Source: a bacterium (GTDB lineage Bacteria > UBA8248 > JACPRG01 > G963555815). From it: a stretch of DNA of 64,000 nt. Shown piece by piece: positions 61,659 to 64,000 of this stretch. The translations under genes and the position numbers were made by a program. Each line of letters begins with the position of its first letter. Within the stretch, counting starts at the first letter, position 1. Location: assembly GCA_965261595.1 (NCBI GenBank), contig CBDHDG010000006.1, forward strand, positions 800,001 to 864,000, in the 5' to 3' direction. Under the pieces are notes generated by a model. It made no database searches and was not told where the DNA came from. It worked only from the letters and a program-made list of their open reading frames with translations.

Positions 61659-62801
61659 TCAAGACCTCAGCAATTCCCGGGCGATGAGAAAACGCAGGAT
61701 CTCGCTTGTTCCCTCCGATATCCGGTTGTGCCGCAGGTCCCGGTAATGCCGCTCGATGGGCAGCTCTTTGGTGTAGCCCAGCCCGCCGTGGATCTGAAGC
61801 GTGCGGTCCACGACGCGGCCGGCCATCTCCGTGCAGTGGACCTTCGCCATCGCCGCTTCCTTCCGGAACTCCATCCCCTCATCAGCCATCCAGGCGGCGT
61901 GGCAAATCATTCCCCGTCCGGCGTAAATCTCCATGGCCGACTCCACGAGCATCCACTGAATCGCCTGACGATCGGAGATGGGCTTGCCGAACGTCTCCCG
62001 CTGGCGGGAATGGTCGACGGCCAGATCCAACATGGACTGGGCGACGCCCAGCGAATAGGAAGCGACGGACAAACGGCCGTGGCCGATCCACCTCATGGCC
62101 AGGCGGAATCCCTCGCCCACTTCCCCCAACACGCCCGCGGCCGGGAGCCGGCAATCCTGGAAGACCAGCTCGACGTGGCCGATCCCCCGCCAGCCCAGGG
62201 TCTCCACGGGGCGCCCGATTGTGAAGCCCGGCGTTCCCCGGTCAATGAGGAAGGCCGTGATCCCCCCCCGCGCCCGCTTCTCCTTGTCCGTGAGGGCGAA
62301 GACGACAAAGAAGTCTGCGATGTCGCCGTCGGTCGTGAAGTGCTTGGTCCCGTTGAGGACGAAGGCGTCGCCGTCCGGGACGGCGGTGGTCTGGATGGCC
62401 GCCGCGTCGGAGCCAGCGTTGGGCTCGGATAGGGCGAAGGCATACTCCCGCTCGTTTCGCATGTAGGGCCGGAGATACTTCTCTTTCTGGTCCTCGTTTC
62501 CGAAGAGCAGGATCGGCGGCGTCGGCTTGACCACCTGGGCCATCGCGTAGCTCGTCCGGCCCAGCTCCTCCCGGACGACGCAAAGCGCCAACACCCCGAG
62601 CCCGGCCCCGCCTTCCTCCTCCGGGATGTTCAGGCCGAGGAGGCCCAGATCCCGGGCCTTGTCCCGGATGCTCTTGCGGAGCTCCGGCGCAACCCGGTCC
62701 GCCCGCTCGACCTCGTTCTCATGAGGCTTGAGTTCCCGGTCCACGAAATCGTGAACCATTTTTTTGAGCAATGTGAGTTCCTCAGGAAGCCGGAAGTCCA
62801 T
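61659..62801 (-). CDS. Acyl-CoA dehydrogenase
   Basis: FALSEPNAGSD, LNGTKHF, RETFGKPI, QIHGGLGY, RISEGTSEI. Confidence 0.94.
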   Translation of the reverse strand: MDFRLPEELTLLKKMVHDFVDRELKPHENEVERADRVAPELRKSIRDKARDLGLLGLNIPEEEGGAGLGVLALCVVREELGRTSYAMAQVVKPTPPILLFGNEDQKEKYLRPYMRNEREYAFALSEPNAGSDAAAIQTTAVPDGDAFVLNGTKHFTTDGDIADFFVVFALTDKEKRARGGITAFLIDRGTPGFTIGRPVETLGWRGIGHVELVFQDCRLPAAGVLGEVGEGFRLAMRWIGHGRLSVASYSLGVAQSMLDLAVDHSRQRETFGKPISDRQAIQWMLVESAMEIYAGRGMICHAAWMADEGMEFRKEAAMAKVHCTEMAGRVVDRTLQIHGGLGYTKELPIERHYRDLRHNRISEGTSEILRFLIARELLRS

Positions 62802-63292
62802 TCGATTCCCCCCCCCGCGCGCAAGCGGGCAACCCGCCTGAAGCGCCCTCGCGGCCCGGATGCGCAAGCGGGCGTTGATTCTCAATAGCCACGGTCGAAA
62901 CAGATCGACACTGTCGGCCAGAAATTCCACATTTTCTTGGGATTTACACACAACAAAACGACAGCCGTCAAGCCGTTTCGCGAAGCTCGCCGAAACCCTC
63001 GCCGGAGGGTCAAGGCTCGGCCTCGGCACGATCATCGCCGAATTTCCCGGATGGAACGTTGGTTTATCTCACTCCACGGAACCCGGTATAGGGATTTCAA
63101 ATATCCCTTGACAGTGATTCCGGAAAAGAATTGAATGCCTTCACGCGGGAACAAATCCATATGAGCGCTGCCTAATCGTAAGAATATACGGGGGAACGCA
63201 GAGAGGCGGCCCCGCCGGTTGAAAATGGGAAGCTCCCGCCAAGAGGGGTTCAATCGCCGTATTTTTTGTCTCTACCACAAGGAGATGGAGTC

Positions 63293-64000
63293 ATGAAGCG
63301 TTTCGCTCGAAATTTTAATCCCCCCCCCTCCCCCTTCTGGGCGGGCTGGTCCTTGTCGTGTTTCTGGGGTTCGCAACCGGCGTCTACGGCCAATCCGACA
63401 TTTCTGATCGCCCCGGTTCCGCCATGCAAGTGGCCCAGGCGAAAAAGTTCTCGACCCGGAAAACGGGACAACGCCGGGTCGTCCGTCAGAAAACGAGAAA
63501 GCTGAAAAGTCTTCATTTCGAAGCGCCGGCGTTCCCCGTCAAACTGGAGAAGGTGCGGTTCAAGAAATTACGCTTCGTCGTCAACGCCCCGAAAATCGAG
63601 CTTGCCATCGAACCGCAGGAAGGCAACAACCTCGTTTATCATCCGCTTCCCGGCTGGACTTCCAAAGAGAGGAGAGGCGGCCAATTATCCGTTTTGTTGT
63701 ATATCAGGAACAAGGAAAGCAAAACGATTACCTTGAAAAAGGTGGCGTTTGTTTATGGCGGAAGAACCAAGGAGGTTTCCGTCCAAAAGAAAATAAAAGA
63801 CGGTGTAGTCAAATGGGATAATGCCATCGCGCTCAACAAACAAAGAAGGTGGATCAACGGACGGGGCTACCATCAGGTGGGCGATGTGATTTACTTTGAG
63901 TCCGGCGTTCCCTCCTCAATCACAATCAAGCTGTATTTCAAGGAATTCACCTCTCCCGTATCCATCACGAAAAGGCTGAAACCATACCGCAAATCCTTCG
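63293..64000 (+). CDS. Hypothetical Lys-rich exported protein, partial (frameshift in poly-C near 63320; runs off window end)
   Basis: RBS + MKRFAR, then open frame LLGGLVLVVFLGFATGVYG...ITIKLYFKEF to the window end. Confidence 0.55.

Noticed and set aside
1..64000. CRISPR array, cas genes, reverse transcriptase, integrase or integron
   Set aside because: No regularly spaced repeat-spacer array, no YxDD RT ORF, no tyrosine/serine recombinase ORF and no convincing attC sites seen.

Overview
GC-rich bacterial window that alternates mobile/accessory DNA with core metabolic genes; about a fifth of it is insertion sequence (5 near-identical IS3-family copies, 2 different IS1380, 2 IS630, 1 degraded IS3). 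(1) 1-21.5 kb looks like the right part of a genomic island ending at a tmRNA 3' fragment (att site): three paralogous Cys-containing outer-membrane beta-barrel genes, a PPOX-family protein, an MmeI-like fragment, a Type ISP restriction-modification gene, a TonB-dependent receptor, a nucleoside 2-deoxyribosyltransferase and an AT-rich gene bracketed by 80-bp inverted repeats. (2) 21.7-30.4 kb is core-like (NUDIX, TPR/HD-GYP fusion, 5-formyl-THF cyclo-ligase, class II aldolase, nitroreductase, wecB). (3) 31.8-45.2 kb is the most unusual part: an SH3-caspase-PEGA-FGE-sulfatase gene whose 3' end looks like a diversity-generating retroelement (DGR) variable region, two more orphan variable-region cassettes with an AAC-type mutagenesis signature, four diverged copies of a shared non-coding module (three ending in a different integrase arm-like tandem repeat), a tRNA-Leu 3' fragment, an aapJQMP amino-acid ABC operon and an intact tRNA-Sec. 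No reverse transcriptase, template repeat or integrase is present in the window. (4) 45.7-64 kb is a catabolic cluster (enoyl-CoA hydratase, thiolase/DUF35, Mo-hydroxylase, Rieske oxygenase, LLM oxidoreductase, UbiD, dienelactone hydrolase, hydantoinase A/B, acyl-CoA dehydrogenase). Many genes carry single-base frameshifts that may be long-read errors rather than true pseudogenes. All calls come from reading the sequence by eye; no database searches were run.
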